Below, in pieces: positions 1 through 8,733 of a stretch of DNA of 32,000 nt. The position numbers and the translations under genes were made by a program. Below the pieces are notes generated by a model, which had not been told where the DNA came from, did no database searches, and saw only the letters and a list, made by a program, of their open reading frames with translations. The stretch's first letter is position 1, and each line of letters opens with the position of its first letter. Source of the DNA: Desulfotalea psychrophila LSv54 (lineage in GTDB: Bacteria > Desulfobacterota > Desulfobulbia > Desulfobulbales > Desulfocapsaceae); the NCBI RefSeq assembly GCF_000025945.1, contig NC_006138.1:2460001-2492000 (forward strand), given 5' to 3'.

Positions 1-2
1 CC

Positions 3-347
3 GGTGGTACACCCGATGGCAACGCCATTCCCATCGCCTCTGTAAAGGCAGAGCTGGCCATGGATGCAGCTGCCTGTATCGGTTGCGGTGCCTGTGTGGC
101 AAGTTGTCCTAATGGGGCGGCCATGCTCTTTACCAGCGCCAAGGTATCTCAGCTGTGCCTCCTGCCCCAGGGAGAGCCGGAAAGAAAACGACGTGCCCTG
201 TCTATGCTTGAAGCCATGGATAAGGAAGGATTTGGTAACTGTACCAATGCCCGTGAATGTGAAATGCAGTGCCCGAAGGGTATTGATATTCGCAATATTG
301 CCCGCTTGAACCATGAGTATATTAGGGCTGCTTTCAGTCAGGGATAG
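3..347 (+). CDS. Succinate dehydrogenase / fumarate reductase iron-sulfur subunit, C-terminal part (5' end outside window)
   Basis: Frame open from the window start (GGTPDGNAIPIASVKAELAMDAAACIGCGACVASCPNGAAM...CTNARECEMQCPKGIDIRNIARLNHEY). CxxCxxCxxxCP and C...CxxxCPKGI clusters are typical of SdhB/FrdB. Confidence 0.9.
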   Translation, partial: GGTPDGNAIPIASVKAELAMDAAACIGCGACVASCPNGAAMLFTSAKVSQLCLLPQGEPERKRRALSMLEAMDKEGFGNCTNARECEMQCPKGIDIRNIARLNHEYIRAAFSQG

Positions 348-368
348 TTCTTTGCCCTGATTGAGTTC

Positions 369-410
369 AAAAGCCATTTCAATGCTTCGGCCTTGAAATG
401 GCTTTTTTTT
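369..410 (+). terminator. Rho-independent terminator
   Basis: AAAAGCCATTTCAA / TTGAAATGGCTTTT perfect stem followed by a T-run, 20 nt after the stop codon. Confidence 0.93.
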
Positions 411-592
411 TGTCCCGGTCTTAGCAAAGGTTGAAAAATATCCCCTTCTTTAATTTTCTGCGTTATATTGAAAAATTCATCCAAAAAAATAGGTCTATCT
501 GGCCAGTATTTATTACACAGACTTTATAGTTTGGACCCTGGCTGATTTTAGCAACCCTACACCTGAGTCTTTAGTGATTAGAGAGCACCAGC

Positions 593-1651
593 ATGGAATT
601 TTTCGATATCGTCATAATCGGGGCAGGCCCGGCAGGACTTGCCTGTGCAAAAGAGGCAGGTAAGCGGGGCTACTCTGTCCTTGTTTTAGAGCGTAATGGC
701 CAAATTGGTCGCAAGGTCTGTGCCGGTGGCATTACCTGGAACGGCCTTATGCGACATATGCCGGGCTTTGCCACCGAGAGAGACTTTGCCAAACAACATC
801 TCTTCAGCCGCTACCAGTCCTGTTGCATTGAAGCAGATCATCCCATTGTTGCCACCCTTAATCGGGAACATTTGGGCAGGAGCATGGCCGAACAGGCGCA
901 AGAGGCCGGAGCCGTTATTCGCACGGAAGAACAGGCCCTGCAGATAGGGGCTGAAAAAATAACTGTCCGGGAGAGAAAAACAGGAAGGGACTATAGCGTA
1001 GCCTTTAAATATCTGGTCGGGGCGGACGGATCTTCCTCCCTGGTGAGACGGTATTTGGGCCAGCCGGTAAAGCATATAGGCCTTGGTCTCAATTTTCAGA
1101 TCAGGGGCAGGGCCGAGAAGATGGAGTGGCATCTGCGCCCCGATCTCTTTGTTAACGGCTATGCCTGGATCTTTCCCCACCAGAATACCATCTCCATTGG
1201 CGCCTATGCAGATAGGAGTATTTTTTCGCCTACAGAGTTGAAGAGACGTTTCCTTGTCTGGGCCAAAGCTCAGGGCTATGGGCTGGAGCAGGAGAGGTGT
1301 ACGGCGGGATATATTAACTACGACTATCGGGGCTATCGCTTTGGCTCGGATAATAATATCTTCCTCACAGGAGATGCGGCGGGTCTGGCCTCGGGACTTA
1401 CCGGCGAGGGTATCTATCCGGCAATTGTCTCCGGTATTGCCGTGGCAGAAGAGATCGCTGGCTGCAAAGACCACCCCGAATTAGAGGCAGTCATTAAGAG
1501 TCAGAGGATGCAGCGCCGAATTTTGGATATCAGCGGCAGAGGTCAAGTGCTTGCCACCCTGCTCTCGGAGGCAATGACCCTTGGTATGCGCAGTAAAATT
1601 TTAAAATTTGATACAGTTGAAATGGCTGGGACATCATCCATAAAAAAGTGA
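593..1651 (+). CDS. Geranylgeranyl reductase family FAD-dependent oxidoreductase
   Basis: 352 aa; N-terminal GAGPAGLACAKEAGKRG Rossmann motif, mid PxxYxWIFP-like (NGYAWIFPHQNTISIGAY) and GDAAGLASGLTGEGIYPAI motif. Confidence 0.88.
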   Translation: MEFFDIVIIGAGPAGLACAKEAGKRGYSVLVLERNGQIGRKVCAGGITWNGLMRHMPGFATERDFAKQHLFSRYQSCCIEADHPIVATLNREHLGRSMAEQAQEAGAVIRTEEQALQIGAEKITVRERKTGRDYSVAFKYLVGADGSSSLVRRYLGQPVKHIGLGLNFQIRGRAEKMEWHLRPDLFVNGYAWIFPHQNTISIGAYADRSIFSPTELKRRFLVWAKAQGYGLEQERCTAGYINYDYRGYRFGSDNNIFLTGDAAGLASGLTGEGIYPAIVSGIAVAEEIAGCKDHPELEAVIKSQRMQRRILDISGRGQVLATLLSEAMTLGMRSKILKFDTVEMAGTSSIKK

Positions 1652-1657
1652 ATATTT

Positions 1658-1942
1658 ATGAAGAATAAAACAGTTGGCAGGGGCAAGAACAGACTCCTCC
1701 TTAATATAATCTTTGGTGTTTTTTGCGCAGGCGTCCTGGCCTTTTTACTAAGCGCTCCAGAGAAGAGCACCTCTCCCCTGCCCATGGACAGCGATCACAA
1801 ACGTTTCTATAGCATGAAAAAGAAGGAGGCGGAGCAGTACTGTATGTCGTGCCATGGACCTGCCAAGGAAAATGCCCTTTCCGCTGAACATCCGTCAAAG
1901 TTCCGCTGTCTCTTCTGCCATACCCGACCGGTGCAGAAATAG
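1658..1942 (+). CDS. Small membrane-anchored protein with two CxxCH heme-binding motifs (putative diheme c-type cytochrome)
   Basis: 94 aa; N-terminal hydrophobic helix (LLLNIIFGVFCAGVLAFLL), CMSCH and CLFCH motifs; directly follows the reductase. Confidence 0.7.
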   Translation: MKNKTVGRGKNRLLLNIIFGVFCAGVLAFLLSAPEKSTSPLPMDSDHKRFYSMKKKEAEQYCMSCHGPAKENALSAEHPSKFRCLFCHTRPVQK

Positions 1943-1965
1943 TGAAACGACAGCTATCAGACTAC

Positions 1966-2054
1966 AGCTATAGCAGTGGAGCGTAGTGGAATGGCGAGCT
2001 GTCAGTAGCAGCTCTTTTTCATATCCTTCATTCCACTACGCGTCACTGCTAGCT
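1966..2054. repeat. Inverted pair of a dispersed repeat (AGCTATAGCAGTGGAGCGTAGTGGAATGGCGAGCT ... CATTCCACTACGCGTCACTGCTAGCT)
   Basis: Left arm 1966..2000 and right arm 2029..2054 are near-reverse complements; the same sequence recurs near 19733 and 21904. Confidence 0.75.
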
Positions 2055-2335
2055 TTTTTCAACGTGTTGCTTGAGAGCGGTTTTAACTTTTTGGGGAACA
2101 GGGATGGCTCGATCGTTGCCACCTTTTACCTGCTTGACGATGATATATGCTTGGGCAAAATCGATATCCTTGTCCCATAGTCGGTGGCACTCTAAAATTC
2201 GTAAACCACAACCATACATAAGTTGGCCATGAGTAGATGGCGTCCCTGACAAAAGAGAGCAGGAAGGATACTTCTTGCTTGCTCATCAGCACAGGCAGGC
2301 GTACAGCCTTTTTGCTTTTAGTAATGAAAGACTTG
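2055..2335 (-). pseudogene. Integron-integrase-like tyrosine recombinase, internal remnant, frameshifted and truncated at both ends
   Basis: Minus-strand translation TKSKKAVRLPVLMSKQEVSFLLSF.. then (other frame) QLMYGCGLRILECHRLWDKDIDFAQAYIIVKQVKGGNDRAIPVPQKVKTALKQHVEKS. This resembles IntI 'RLPVVLT..EV...LLYGxGLRLxECLRLRVKDIDF....KGxKDR'. Confidence 0.75.
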
Positions 2336-2365
2336 TGATCTTACCCCAGTTTTGTGGAGCCTTAG

Positions 2366-3249
2366 TTAAGCTAATTTTTGCAACAAATCAAACTGCTCTT
2401 CGAACTCTGCAGAACTTTTGTAGCCATTAGCTGAATGTCTTCTTCTGCGGTTGTAGTATGCCTCGATGTACTGGAAAAGTCCGTATTTTGCTGCTTCAAT
2501 ATCTCTAAAACTCCTATGATGGATATATTGTGTTTTCAACGTATAAAAAAAAGACTCTGCAACAGCATTATCCCAGCAATTACCCTTACGACTCATACTT
2601 TGCCTGAAGTCTTTTTCTTGGAGTAGCTGTCTATATTCCTTGCTTGCGTACTGAACACCTCTGTCGCTATGGACAAGCATTTCTTTGGTTGGGTTTCTTC
2701 GCAAAATTGCTTTACGTAATGCCCAGATTGTAGATTCTTTTTCAAGTGACGTACTCAGATTCCAAACAACAACTATTATAGAATAAAGGTCTATAAAAAC
2801 AGATAAATATACCCACTTGCTACCTACCTTGATGTAGGTTATATCACCAACCCAAACCTTGTTGGGGCTGCCACAGTGAAATTTCTGTTCAAGATATTTG
2901 GTGCAACCGGAAAAGCATGATTCGACTCAGTCGTAGTTTTGAACTTCTTTAGAGACTTACACTGCATTGAAGACTCTTTCATAATTCGAGCGACACGCTT
3001 TTTCCCCACATCTGCAACCTGAGCCTCTGCTCGCAAATCAGCAGTAACCATAGGACTACCAACCATTCCACCATGCTCAACATAGAGCTCCTGGATGAGA
3101 TTTTTAAGAATATTATTCTCTCTGCAGCGCTTTGAAATTGGTTCCTGCAACCAACGATAGTAGCCACTCTCTGAGATCAAAAGAGTCTGGCACATTTTCT
3201 TCACAGTGAAACGAGAGTGATGATTCCTGATAAAAGTATAATGCATCAC
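2366..3249 (-). pseudogene. IS3-family OrfB transposase, split by one frameshift near 2850
   Basis: ORFs 2839..3249 and 2366..2704 join through KVWVGDITYIKVGSKWVYLSVFIDLYS...; catalytic D (GDITY), D (HSDRGVQYAS) and E (NCWDNAVAESFF) are recognisable. Confidence 0.88.
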
Positions 3250-3535
3250 TGTGTCCTGCTGAAAATGGCCATGGCTTTTTTTAGAATGTCCCTCTCCATA
3301 TTGATATTCTTCAATTCTTTCTCAAGCGCTTTGATCTTTTTCTGCTCAGAAGTAAGGGCTAAAATACCGTTACCAGGGAACGCTATCTCTCCCTACTCTT
3401 CATATTTTTTCTCCATTGATAGATCAAATCCACATGAATGCCTAGGTTCTCGGCAATTTCTATAATAGTTCTAACAGGTTCTAAACTTAAAAGGACAGTA
3501 CTACGTTTAAAATCTGCATCCCTTTCTACGCTTTT
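3250..3535 (-). pseudogene. IS3-family OrfA-like (degenerate start)
   Basis: Minus-strand frame YKSVERDADFKRSTVLLSLEPVRTIIEIAENLGIHVDLIYQWRKN..LTSEQKKIKALEKELKNINMERDILKKAMAIFSRTQ; no clean start codon. Confidence 0.65.
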
Positions 3536-3611
3536 GTATAATCATGTGAGCCTCCTGTTACTCATATTATAACGAGTCCATATTAACTCCACAATATCGG
3601 GGGAGGATCAC

Positions 3612-3788
3612 TACGGAAATGTGCTCAACTGGCAGTACCAATTAAATCTAAAAGTCGATGATTCTACCTGGAAAATAAACTTTGACGATTGGATGTTTTT
3701 ATTAAATGACGATATGCTCATTAATAAGGCTACCATGTCAAAATTTGGATTCGAGGTCGGTGAGATAACAATCATCTTCCGAAAATAG
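3612..3788 (+). pseudogene. DUF3833-family protein, C-terminal fragment
   Basis: YGNVLNWQYQLNLKVDDSTWKINFDDWMFLLNDDMLINKATMSKFGFEVGEITIIFRK*; open frame begins immediately at the IS end. Confidence 0.75.
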
Positions 3789-3805
3789 CATAGTGACAGG
3801 ATGAG

Positions 3806-4357
3806 ATGATGACTACGATTCGTAACTTTCTAATAATATTTTTCTTATCATTTTTTGCAACCAATAGAATTTATGCCAGCCCTGTTACTAGCAGTATGCA
3901 AAAACTGGGAGAGGGAGAAGCGTATTACCTTGGATTTATAAAAGTGTATGACGCATCCCTGTACAGCTCAAAATTCTCAGGTATAAAAGATATACTCAAT
4001 GCTGAAATCTCCAAATGTTTGCACCTCGAGTATCAAGTTGATATCGAAAAAAATACTTTATAGAAGTAGCAAATAAGGTTCTAGACGACCAGTTCTCGAA
4101 AGAACAATTGGCCAGTTTACTAAGTGATATTAAACCGCTACATCAAGGATATGAAAACATTACAGACGGAGATAGCTATACACTGTGCTACAATAATAAA
4201 GACCAGATGACCACATCTCTCGTTCAACAAGGAAATTGTGGCTTTTGTTAAATCAGCCGATTTCGCAAAAATATATTTCAGTATCTGGCTGGCACCTAAC
4301 GCTCCTCTCGATGATACACTCCGAGAAGATCTACTTGCAGCCTTACTCAATAACTGA
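3806..4357 (+). pseudogene. Chalcone-isomerase-like domain protein, two frameshifts
   Basis: Signal peptide plus SMQKLGEGEAYYLGFIKVYDASLYSS...; frame change in the A7 tract at about 4048 (VDIEK|KYFIEVANKVLDDQF) and again near 4245 (..FVKSADFAKIYFSIWLAPNAPLDDTLREDLLAALLNN*). Confidence 0.75.
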
Positions 4358-4380
4358 ACAGTGTTAAGGAGACAGGATAG

Positions 4381-4797
4381 ATGAAAACCTTTCTTCATAC
4401 GTACCAGAAATTAAACGCTCACAATCTCGAAACTCTAAAAAATATCTATAGAGATGATGTGCAGTTTATTGATCCCGCCCACGAGGTTAACGGTATTGCG
4501 AATCTCACAGAATACTTTGCATCCCTCTATAAAAACATCGACTCCATATATTTTTCATTTAACGAACCTGTCGTTGTTGAAAATTATGGCTACGTCAGTT
4601 GGAAAATGACTTTCAGCCACAAGAGCCTCGCCGGTGGTAAACCGATCACCATCGATGGAATGACCCACTTGAAATTTGATGAACATAACAAAGTATATTA
4701 TCACCGGGACTACTTTGACCTTGGGGCAATGCTGTATGAGCATGTGCCACTTCTTGGCCGTATTATAACATGGATCAAAAAGGGACTTGGCAAATGA
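4381..4797 (+). CDS. SnoaL/NTF2-like family protein
   Basis: 138 aa; YRDDVQFIDPAHEVNGIANLTEYFASLYKNI.. ; overlaps the next gene by ATGA. Confidence 0.75.
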   Translation: MKTFLHTYQKLNAHNLETLKNIYRDDVQFIDPAHEVNGIANLTEYFASLYKNIDSIYFSFNEPVVVENYGYVSWKMTFSHKSLAGGKPITIDGMTHLKFDEHNKVYYHRDYFDLGAMLYEHVPLLGRIITWIKKGLGK

Positions 4798-5510
4798 AAA
4801 TAGTAATTACAGGCGCTACTTCCGGCATAGGACGACAGCTCGCCATGGATTACCATGCTGAAGGTCACGAAGTCTACGCTCTTGGTAGAAACGAGCAGGC
4901 CCTTGAAGAACTTCGTTCCCACGGGCTATCCACTGGCAAGGTGGATCTCACCGATAAAGAGGCAACTCTTGTCTGGTTTTCAACCCTAGAGTCTGTCGAC
5001 CTTGCTATTCTCAATGCAGGCACCTGCGAATATGTCGATCTCCCTCAGTTTGACAGTAGCCTCATCCAGAGAGTAATGCGATCCAATGTTGAATCTATGG
5101 CCATCTCCATCGAAGCTGTCTTACCCCTTCTTCGTAAGAGTGCAACGGGACACTTGGCCGCGGTGGGCAGTTCTGCCGCCTACGTGCCACTTCCACGTGC
5201 GGAAGCCTACGGTGCATCAAAGGCCGCAATAGCATATATGATCAATACCCTGCGCATAGATCTCCACCAGGAAAATATTACTGTCAGCCTTATCTGTCCA
5301 GGATTTGTCAAAACTCCGTTAACAGACCTCAACGATTTTCCCATGCCATTTCGGATATCTGTTGAGCAGGCAAGTAACTACATTAGAAACGGCCTCTCTA
5401 AAAAAAGAGCTGAAGTTCATTTCCCAAAACGATTTACCGTGCTTCTCAAACTTCTCGCGCTTCTCCCTAGTCCTCTCTGGACTAAAATTGGTAGTAAAAT
5501 GGTAAAATAA
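4794..5510 (+). CDS. Short-chain dehydrogenase/reductase
   Basis: MKIVITGATSGIGRQLAMDY; YGASKAA catalytic motif; ICPGFVKTPLT. Confidence 0.92.
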   Translation: MKIVITGATSGIGRQLAMDYHAEGHEVYALGRNEQALEELRSHGLSTGKVDLTDKEATLVWFSTLESVDLAILNAGTCEYVDLPQFDSSLIQRVMRSNVESMAISIEAVLPLLRKSATGHLAAVGSSAAYVPLPRAEAYGASKAAIAYMINTLRIDLHQENITVSLICPGFVKTPLTDLNDFPMPFRISVEQASNYIRNGLSKKRAEVHFPKRFTVLLKLLALLPSPLWTKIGSKMVK

Positions 5511-6751
5511 TGAGTCGTCAGAAAATTGCAATCATTGGCTCTGGTATCTCGGGACTTACTTGCGCCCATAAGCTTGCACCACACCATGATATAACGGTTT
5601 ATGAGGCAGCCGATTATATTGGCGGCCACACCCATACCGTACAGGTAGAAAAAGAGGGAGAGGTTTCAAACATTGATACTGGATTTATCGTATTTAACGA
5701 CCACACCTACCCGCACTTTATCGAACTCATGGAGAGCGTTGGCGTCGTAGCCCAGCCCACCGAAATGAGTTTTTCGGTAAAAAACGACGCCATAGGTCTT
5801 GAATATAACGGCAACAATCTCAACAGCCTCTTTGCCCAACGCAGGAATATTATCAGCCCGCGCTTCCTTAGGATGATCGTAGACATTGTTCGGTTTAATA
5901 AAGAAGTGGTAGTAGCCGCAAAAAAAGATCAGGACCTAACCATCGGTGACTTTTTGGCAGTAAAAAAATACTCCCCCATCTTTAAAGAAAACTATCTATT
6001 ACCGATGATATCAGCAATCTGGTCCATGGGACTGGAAAGTTGTATGGACTTTCCCCTACATTTTTTTGTAAAGTTTTTCGACAACCATGGCCTGCTCAAT
6101 TTGGTCAACAGACCACAATGGCGCTCAATCATTGGTGGTTCAAGTAGCTATATCGCACCTCTAACAGCCTCGTTTAAAGATCATATCCAGCTAAGCACAC
6201 CGGTTATTCGTGTTGAACGTGAAGACACATTAATTAATATCGTTACCGAAGAGGAAACAGTGCCTTTTGACCAAGTCGTTTTCGCCTGCCATGGCAATCA
6301 GGCCCTGTCTCTTCTTGCTCGCCCCACCAACAAAGAAACCTCTCTCTTAACAGAGTTTACAGCTTCAGCAAACAGGGTGATTCTGCATACGGATACCTCT
6401 TTTCTGCCAAAGAGAAAACTTGCCTGGGCCAGCTGGAACTACAATATGGTTGATGCGGCAAAAGAGCAGACGACCCTTACCTACAATATGAATATCCTGC
6501 AGAGACTTACTAAACAACACACCTACCTTGTGACGCTCAACCAGGATATTTCTGAACAACATATACTTCGCACCTTTAACTACAACCACCCCATCTTCAC
6601 CAAAGATGCAATCCAGGCTCAAGAAAAATGGGAAAATATTTCTGGAAAAAATCGTAGTCACTTCTGTGGAGCCTACTGGTTTAACGGCTTCCATGAAGAC
6701 GGCGTTAAAAGTGGTCTGCGGGTGGCCGCTGCACTGGAGAAGGGATTATGA
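5510..6751 (+). CDS. NAD(P)/FAD-dependent oxidoreductase (amine-oxidase-like)
   Basis: KIAIIGSGISGLTCAHKLAPHHDITVYEAADYIGGHTHTV; 413 aa; start overlaps upstream stop. Confidence 0.9.
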   Translation: MSRQKIAIIGSGISGLTCAHKLAPHHDITVYEAADYIGGHTHTVQVEKEGEVSNIDTGFIVFNDHTYPHFIELMESVGVVAQPTEMSFSVKNDAIGLEYNGNNLNSLFAQRRNIISPRFLRMIVDIVRFNKEVVVAAKKDQDLTIGDFLAVKKYSPIFKENYLLPMISAIWSMGLESCMDFPLHFFVKFFDNHGLLNLVNRPQWRSIIGGSSSYIAPLTASFKDHIQLSTPVIRVEREDTLINIVTEEETVPFDQVVFACHGNQALSLLARPTNKETSLLTEFTASANRVILHTDTSFLPKRKLAWASWNYNMVDAAKEQTTLTYNMNILQRLTKQHTYLVTLNQDISEQHILRTFNYNHPIFTKDAIQAQEKWENISGKNRSHFCGAYWFNGFHEDGVKSGLRVAAALEKGL

Positions 6752-7485
6752 AACCTTCACTTTATATTGGCACAATAGCCCACAGCAGGCAAATTCCCAA
6801 AAAACATCATTTCCAGTATCCGCTTTTTATGTGGTTTCTCAACCTCGATGAACTGGACCAACTACCTTATCTAGGGAAATGGTTTTCCACCTCAAAATGG
6901 GCACTCAGTCGCTATCACCGCCCGGACTACTATGGTGATCCAGACATCCCTCTCGCCGATGCTATTAAAGAGAAGATGCTGGAATTAACAGGCCATACGG
7001 TTGAAGGTCAGGTTTACGGGTTAATGAATATGCGAACTCTGGGCCTCTATTTTAGTCCGGTAAACTTCTATTACGGCTATGACAGTCTTGGGAAATTAAG
7101 CCATTTCATGGCAGAAGTATCTAATATACCTTGGAATGACCGGCATCAATATTGCCATTATATCACCGAAAGTGACTTAACTCCTGAGAACCCAAAACAA
7201 TTTCATGTATCCCCTTTTAACCCGCTCAACCAACATTATCGATGGGGACTCAAAGCTCCGACTGAAACAACTTTCGTTCAAATAGATGTCAATGATGAGC
7301 GGGGCCATATTTTTACCGCCAGGCTCGACCTAAAAAGACGGCCACTCACTTTAAAATCAGTGCGCCACGAGCTACTAAGAAAACCAGCAATGACCATTGC
7401 TATGGTGGCTGGAATTTACTGGCAAGCATTGAAAATCTATATAAAAGGTGTTCCCTATATTACTTACAAAAAGGAGACGATATGA
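6748..7485 (+). CDS. DUF1365 family protein
   Basis: MKPSLYIGTIAHSRQIPKKHHFQYPLFMWFLNLDEL...MRTLGLYFSPVNFYYGYD; located between the FAD oxidoreductase and cfa, as is typical. Confidence 0.88.
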   Translation: MKPSLYIGTIAHSRQIPKKHHFQYPLFMWFLNLDELDQLPYLGKWFSTSKWALSRYHRPDYYGDPDIPLADAIKEKMLELTGHTVEGQVYGLMNMRTLGLYFSPVNFYYGYDSLGKLSHFMAEVSNIPWNDRHQYCHYITESDLTPENPKQFHVSPFNPLNQHYRWGLKAPTETTFVQIDVNDERGHIFTARLDLKRRPLTLKSVRHELLRKPAMTIAMVAGIYWQALKIYIKGVPYITYKKETI

Positions 7486-8729
7486 ATAGCATGACAAATA
7501 TATCTAAGTCCCAGCCAACAAAGGCCGATAGAACTTTTGCTACCCGTTGGTCACGATCTCTCCTTATGAAAATGCTTTCTGGCCTTCAATTCGGCCAGCT
7601 TATTATCCAAGAAGGAGATCAACAATGGAGCTTTGGTGATGGGAGTCACCCCCAGGCACTTTTGACTATCCACCACCCCATTGCCTATCAAAACATTCTC
7701 TTTGGTGGCTCAATTGGGGCTGGCGAAGCATACATAGATAAACTTTGGGATGTTGATGACTTAACCTCACTGGTTAGAATAATGGTGCTCAACATGTCCC
7801 TGCTTGATCGGATGGAAAAGGGCCTTGCCTGGTTACTCAGGCCAGTTAATATTGTGAGGCATTTCCTCAATGCCAATAATAAGAGTGGCTCAAAACGGAA
7901 CATTATCGCTCATTACGACCTCGGCAATGATCTGTACGGGGCTTTTCTTGATCCATCAATGATGTATTCATCGGCCATATATCCCAATCAGAATGCATCC
8001 CTCGAAGAGGCCCAACAACATAAGCTTGAAACTATATGCCAGAAGCTCGATCTGCAACCGACAGACACCGTTATTGAAATCGGAACAGGCTGGGGAGGAT
8101 TTGCAATATATGCTGCCGGAAAATACGGTTGCCATGTGACAACAACAACCATTTCCGACGCCCAACACCAAGAAGCAAAAAGGAGAATAGCTGCTACCGG
8201 ACTCAACAAGAAGATAACCCTATTACAAAGTGATTATAGAGATCTGAACGGACAATATGACAAGCTCGTCAGTATCGAAATGATAGAGGCGGTGGGAAAT
8301 CGATTTCTTCCAGAATTTTTTCACAAATGCGGTGCACTCCTCAAACCTGATGGAAAAATGTTAATTCAAGCCATCACCATTGCCGACCAGAAATACAAAC
8401 AGTATGTCAACAACGTCGACTTTATCCAGCGATATATTTTCCCAGGTGGTTGTGTCCCTTCAAACAACAGAATGGTACAGTTGATTACGGACAAAACTGA
8501 CATGGTTATTCGCCAGATTGATGATTTTGGTTTTGACTATGCCAGAACAATAGAAGAATGGCGCCACCGTTTCCACAAGGCATACGCTAGTCTACACAAG
8601 AAAGGATATGATGAGACATTCAAAAGGTTATGGGATTTCTACCTCTGTTACTGCCAAGGTGGTTTTCTGGAGCGATCCATAAGTGTTGTCCACGTTGTTG
8701 CAACCCGACCTGGCAATCGACAGCCATAG
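7482..8729 (+). CDS. cfa: Cyclopropane-fatty-acyl-phospholipid synthase family protein
   Basis: HYDLGNDLYGAFLDPSMMYSSAIYPN, VIEIGTGWGGFAIYAA, YIFPGGCVPS motifs; 415 aa. Confidence 0.92.
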   Translation: MNSMTNISKSQPTKADRTFATRWSRSLLMKMLSGLQFGQLIIQEGDQQWSFGDGSHPQALLTIHHPIAYQNILFGGSIGAGEAYIDKLWDVDDLTSLVRIMVLNMSLLDRMEKGLAWLLRPVNIVRHFLNANNKSGSKRNIIAHYDLGNDLYGAFLDPSMMYSSAIYPNQNASLEEAQQHKLETICQKLDLQPTDTVIEIGTGWGGFAIYAAGKYGCHVTTTTISDAQHQEAKRRIAATGLNKKITLLQSDYRDLNGQYDKLVSIEMIEAVGNRFLPEFFHKCGALLKPDGKMLIQAITIADQKYKQYVNNVDFIQRYIFPGGCVPSNNRMVQLITDKTDMVIRQIDDFGFDYARTIEEWRHRFHKAYASLHKKGYDETFKRLWDFYLCYCQGGFLERSISVVHVVATRPGNRQP

Positions 8730-8733
8730 ACCT

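Larger units (their letters stand above)
2336..3610 (-). mobile_element. IS3-family insertion sequence (1275 bp), transposase degenerate
   Basis: Terminal inverted repeats TGATCTTACCCCAGTTTTGTGGA (2336..2358) and TCCACAATATCGGGGGAGGATCA (3588..3610); orfA and orfB on the minus strand. Confidence 0.9.

Noticed and set aside
686-1474. 262-aa minus-strand ORF opposite the reductase
   Set aside because: Antisense to a well-supported CDS with clear motifs; it is a codon-bias artefact.
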